Part shown: positions 63,587 through 64,000 of the stretch, piece by piece
Layout of the letters: the number at the start of each line of letters is the position of its first letter
Numbering within the stretch: the first letter of the stretch is position 1
NCBI GenBank assembly: GCA_963796685.1
Contig: CAWCMR010000009.1
Location: 64,001-128,000 of the forward strand
DNA length: 64,000 nt
Reading direction: 5' to 3'
Source: an uncultured delta proteobacterium
GTDB lineage: Bacteria > Myxococcota_A > Polyangia > Fen-1088
Notes under the pieces: model-generated
Told to the model about the DNA's origin: nothing
Seen by the model: only the letters and a program-made list of their open reading frames with translations
Database searches by the model: none
Position numbers and translations under genes: made by a program

Positions 63587-63883
63587 ATGGCTTCGCAGCC
63601 GTCCTTCGAGAGCGCCAAGCGGAATCTTGCCGCGAACTTGGCGCGCCTACGGGCCGCCCGGCGGTGGTCGCAGCAGCAGGCGGCCGACGCCATGGGGATC
63701 GATCTCAAGCACCTGCAAAAGCTCGAATATGCGGCCTTGAATCCTACGCTTAGAACCGTTGTGGCAGCGGTGGAAGCCTTCGGGGTGCCGCTGGCGCGCC
63801 TGTTCCGACGGTCTGCCGAGCCGCCGATCCGGCGGCCGGTCGGTCGGCCGGTCAAGCAGAGGCGCAAGGTCACAGCCAGATAG
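63587..63883 (+). CDS. XRE-family HTH regulator
   Basis: NLARLR..WSQQQAA..LQKLE..NPTL. Confidence 0.8.
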   Translation: MASQPSFESAKRNLAANLARLRAARRWSQQQAADAMGIDLKHLQKLEYAALNPTLRTVVAAVEAFGVPLARLFRRSAEPPIRRPVGRPVKQRRKVTAR

Positions 63884-64000
63884 TTGTCCTGTCCTCACGG
63901 ACGCCGGCCTGAAACCTTGGGACTGCCCGAGACGGCCTATGCTAGATTTCAGGTGAGGTGGTTTTCATGGCTGGTATCAGCGAAGAACAGCCAGCGGTGA

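Overview
High-GC accessory region. The Cys-rich lipoproteins and 37-bp type I-C repeats suggest a myxobacterium (inference). The window is structured by five co-oriented copies of a 1,760-bp IS91/ISCR-type rolling-circle element plus one 135-bp ori-only remnant. Four copies carry a captured sufS'-'sufU-sufT fragment upstream. Copy 1 is interrupted by a 3,351-bp large-serine-recombinase element whose predicted excised circle rebuilds a gene split across the attachment site. Between the IS copies lie: an AraC/AKR/SDR/TetR block with gene fragments; a WYL-associated type I-C CRISPR-Cas locus (cas3 frameshifted; 105 repeats counted by eye, split by a DDE-transposase/AAA-ATPase element inserted in a spacer); a TMTC-like glycosyltransferase and Cys/Thr-rich lipoproteins; an integron remnant with attI downstream of intI; an IS66 remnant; and a C-box-regulated restriction-modification-like cluster (nuclease-HEAT fusion, methyltransferase, Vsr-like nuclease, PvuII homologue). 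All calls come from reading sequence and motifs by eye; no searches were run. No rRNA or tRNA was seen.
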